Part shown: positions 63,874 to 64,000 of the stretch, one piece after another
Layout of the letters: each line of letters starts with the position of its first letter
Numbering within the stretch: position 1 is the stretch's first letter
NCBI GenBank assembly: GCA_021815315.1
Contig: JAKAHB010000002.1
Coordinates: 6,427 to 70,426 of the forward strand
Source: a bacterium
Lineage (GTDB): Bacteria > Patescibacteriota > Minisyncoccia > Portnoybacterales > JAKAHB01
Direction of reading: 5' to 3'
Length of the DNA stretch: 64,000 nt
The notes under the pieces: generated by a model
Databases searched by the model: none
What the model was told of the DNA's origin: nothing
What the model saw: the letters and a program-made list of their open reading frames with translations, nothing else
Program-made: the position numbers and the translations under genes

Positions 63874-64000
63874 AGCGCAAGATCCGTCTTTGATGTCATT
63901 AAAAGACGGCCCTGCCGAGCCCTTCCTAAGTTAAAAAATCAACCGCCCCGTCCAAGTATTGCTCCGTCATATCCGGCCGTTGCAAATCGTGGTCGCCACC

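Noticed and set aside
1-64000. Looked for CRISPR arrays, cas genes, integrases, transposases, restriction-modification or toxin-antitoxin pairs.
   Set aside because: No regularly spaced direct repeats, and no recognisable Cas, integrase, transposase or methylase motifs were seen. The only repeat families found are the palindromes and inverted repeats reported above.
63881-64000. Hairpin ccgtcttt...aaagacgg after elp3, and a possible minus-strand gene end at the window edge.
   Set aside because: The hairpin lacks a U-tract and the remaining 90 nt are too short to call anything.

Overview
This 64 kb window reads as a housekeeping-dense chromosomal segment from a small-genome bacterium. The gene repertoire, tight spacing and 1–8 nt overlaps could fit a Patescibacteria/CPR-like organism, but that is an impression, not a result. 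All annotation was done by eye from the translated ORF track and the raw sequence, with no searches. I could assign most of the long ORFs (about 66 CDS): nrdD (truncated at the window edge), ftsZ-ftsA, ybeY-yqeY-rpsU, HIT, hisS, lepB, an LCP-family protein, pth, a short mfd, an ECF sigma/putative anti-sigma pair, dprA-topA-rel, parB-parA, uppP, tsaC, leuS (interrupted by an apparent frameshift), ccdA, def, tatD-metG-rsmI, an M16 peptidase, dodecin, glyQS preceded by a clear T-box leader, tgt, proS, a SET-domain protein, a LemA/TPM pair, recO, ileS, an AmmeMemoRadiSam-like radical-SAM pair, argS, smpB followed by tmRNA (ssrA), infC-rpmI-rplT, VanZ, NUDIX, PolX, a ThiI-like PP-loop ATPase, a tandem zinc-ribbon protein, a SAM methyltransferase and an Elp3 homologue. 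RNA genes: one tRNA-Leu(CAA) with encoded CCA, and tmRNA. Features worth a second look: (1) an AT-rich single-gene island (12346-13332) encoding a 328-aa protein whose C-terminus carries an 'RNxxxH' (Rx4-6H, HEPN-like) motif, a candidate stand-alone abortive-infection/defence RNase; (2) a rearranged tRNA-Leu locus (22.56-23.12 kb) with a partial 5' copy, a small GIY-YIG nuclease gene, an intact tRNA and a 3' pseudo-fragment, both fragments carrying palindromic hairpin insertions; (3) at least four short GC-rich (about 60-65%) cassettes, each with a near-consensus sigma-70 promoter, a strong Shine-Dalgarno, a small ORF (31-139 aa) and an intrinsic terminator; (4) ileS with a complete histidine-phosphatase (PGAM-like, RHG...SH) domain inserted in the catalytic core; (5) a covarying 36-40 bp palindrome present at two distant intergenic sites; (6) inverted-repeat-flanked GxxExxY nuclease-like gene. 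No CRISPR array, integrase or transposase was seen.
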